From: Oopsacas minuta
Lineage: Eukaryota > Animalia > Porifera
Length of the DNA: 64,000 bases
Assembly (NCBI GenBank): GCA_024704765.1
Contig: JAKMXF010000333.1
Location: forward strand, 237,266 to 301,265
Direction of reading: 5' to 3'
Made by a program: the position numbers and the translations under genes. This document shows positions 30,001 to 33,000 of this stretch, piece after piece; position 1 is the first letter of the stretch, and the number at the start of each line of letters is the position of its first letter. Below the pieces are notes generated by a model. The model saw only the letters and a list, made by a program, of their open reading frames with translations, made no database searches and had not been told where the DNA came from.

Positions 30001-33000
30001 CACGACTTATATATTTATTGGTGAAGGCGCGATATTTGATATGAATCTAAATTCATATGGCCTAGTTAATTATGCCATTCAAGTTGACAAGTTTTCCGCT
30101 GACTTGACCGCTCCTGAACTTTTCTCATTTAATCTTGACATGAATTTAGGTTATTTGACGCTAACATTTAGTGAGGCAGTTGATACATCTTCTTTTGATA
30201 AAACGAAAATTTTCATTGGATCTGATGAATTGCTATCTAGCAATTTCTCTCTTGATTCACCAACTTTACAATGTCAACAAATTCGCATCACCTCCCTTCG
30301 TGCAAGGATAATTCAGATCGAATTGTGCCTTCATGTGTATTATGACCTCAAATTTGAATTGAAACTAGCTACCTCTGTTAATGATACTTATATATACCTT
30401 AGACCCGAAGCTCTTAGGGATTTTAGTAATAATGGAATCAATCAAATAATTCAAAGAGTAGCTAATTTTGTCCCTGATACTGATGATCCCACTCTTCTCT
30501 CCTTCACACTTGATATGAATATCGGAAGATTATCTCTGTACTTCTCTGAGCCCATTAACTCTACAAGTCTAGAAATCACAACCATTTCACTACAGGCCCA
30601 AAGTACAATCGGCGAATTTATCTCTCTCACTTCTCAATCTTACTTCTTAATGCAATGTGATATCCCTGACTCAACCAAATACTCGTGCATTGTCATTCAG
30701 CTTTCATATAAAGATCTTAATGCGATAAAGAATAACGAAAATCTAGCAACACAATTCTCGAACACTTTTATTGTGATTACAAATCAAACTATTAAAGACA
30801 CTTCCAATAATCCAGTTGTATCTGTATCAGCTAATGGTGCACTCTCTCTAAATTCTTCGAATTATATAAATGATCAGACCAGCCCCACCGTTGTTTCATT
30901 TTCTTTGGATATGGATTACGGCGCAATAACTATTACTTTCGATGAGGATGTTCAAAGAAGTTCGTTAACAATAACTGAACTCAATTTACAACCATCAATG
31001 TTCTCTGGGTCTGGTTCAATGGGAATTGCTCTTACTTCTGCAGATGAGATTAATTGGAACTGCTGCGAGGAAATATTTGCTACAATCAAGCTCACTCAAT
31101 CAGATTTGAATGCTCTAAAATTGGATGATACACTCGCTTCACGAAGGAATAATACATATCTTAGATTTACGAATAATCTTATACAGGACCATGCTGGCAA
31201 TTTTGTGAGGCCTCCAATCATTATTCAAGAAGGATTGTTAGTATCGAATTTTACTCCTGATACTACATCTCCCGTATTAATTGGTTTTTACTTCAATATG
31301 AATCCTCCAGAAAGTATAGAATTGTTATTTTCTGAGGCTGTAAGGGCCACTACTTTTAATGTTAAAAGCCTCACATTGCTTGGAACCCCTGCTACAACTA
31401 ATCCACTTTTACAATATACACTCTCTGATGAAATTCCCCAAATCCGCCCTAATTCTGTTTCTATTTCGATTATCCTCAACTTTACTGATACATTACAGAT
31501 ACAATCCAGGCCTTTCTTAGCTTCTAATTTCTCAAACATATATCTGGCGAGTCTACCAAGTTTAGTTTCCGATATGAATGCTAATCCTTTGAGTGAAATA
31601 TCAAAGAATACTCCAATCAATCTTACAATGCCTGACTACACAGAAGATAGCACCCATCCCTATTTATCAAGTTATACCCTCGACCTCAACACTGCTAATT
31701 TGATTCTTACTTACTCTGAAACAGTTAGATTACTCACTTTTCAGATTGATCAACTTATCCTTCAGGTTTCTAGGGGTTCCCTCTCAAGTATTCCTGCATA
31801 TCAGTTAACCGGCGGCTTAGTTTCTACAACTAATGGGAGAGATTGGTATATTGTTAACTTATCAATTTCTCCTGAGGATCTAATTAGTATTCAAAAGAAT
31901 GCTCGTGATAATCTTGTTACCAATTCCTTGACTACTTTTCTCAGTATTGACTCAAGACACGTCAGGGATATGGTGGGGTTAGAAATTGTGGAAATCAATG
32001 ATGATGAAGCTGTAGTTGTTGATAGATATATTCCAGATTCTACAAAACCCATTCTACTATCATTTGATCTAAACATTTCAGCTCCAATTGGTACTATCTT
32101 ACTTAATTTTAATGAAGTGGTTGATTTATCTACATTCCGTGTAGAATACGTTGAGTTGTATAATAGAAGACATATTTTATCTTCAACTCAGAAATTTATT
32201 TTATCAACAGCAAACATTATTTCTTCTGAGAATGACAATTCAATATTCTTCTCTTTAGATCCTTATGACCTAAATACAATCAAAAGTCTAACTAATTTAG
32301 CAAACACCGCAAACAACACTTTTATTTATTTGCCAAATTCTGCTGTCAACGATATGTATGGTAACCCTGTTGATGATAGAAATGGATCTACAATTCCTGT
32401 TAGAAATATTTTGTTAGACTCAACTCGGCCTATATTGGATGGGTTTGATTTTGATTTGAATACTGGTTCAATTGTTCTCACATTTTCTGAAACTGTGAAT
32501 TCATCTTCTTTTGATGTTACTCAAATTCGCCTACAATCTAATATATCGCTTCCATACGAGATATTTACATTAACTCGTCTTAGTTCCGCCTCTATTAGTG
32601 ATAGTCCAATTATCACAGTAAACATCCATGCAGATGATCTCAATGCCATCAAATCTTTAAGAAATTTGGCTAATGCCCAAATCAACACTTTTCTCGCACA
32701 TACAGCATTTCTTGTATCCGACATGCAAGGTTTGTTTGTGATCCCAGAATCTGGAAAATTAGTAAATACCTATGTCTTTGATAATACTCCTCCTCAACTG
32801 ATGTCTTTCAACTTTAATCTTACCTCTGAAATTCTCTCTCTCACCTTCGACGAAGCAATAGCATATGCTCATGTTATGATTTCTAAATTCCAAATCAAAT
32901 CTCAAATAGTTGGTGGATCCATGGTAACATTAACTGATGGAGATATATCCCCAGTTGATTCGACTATAATAAATATTTCACTATTTTCTTTCGACCTAAA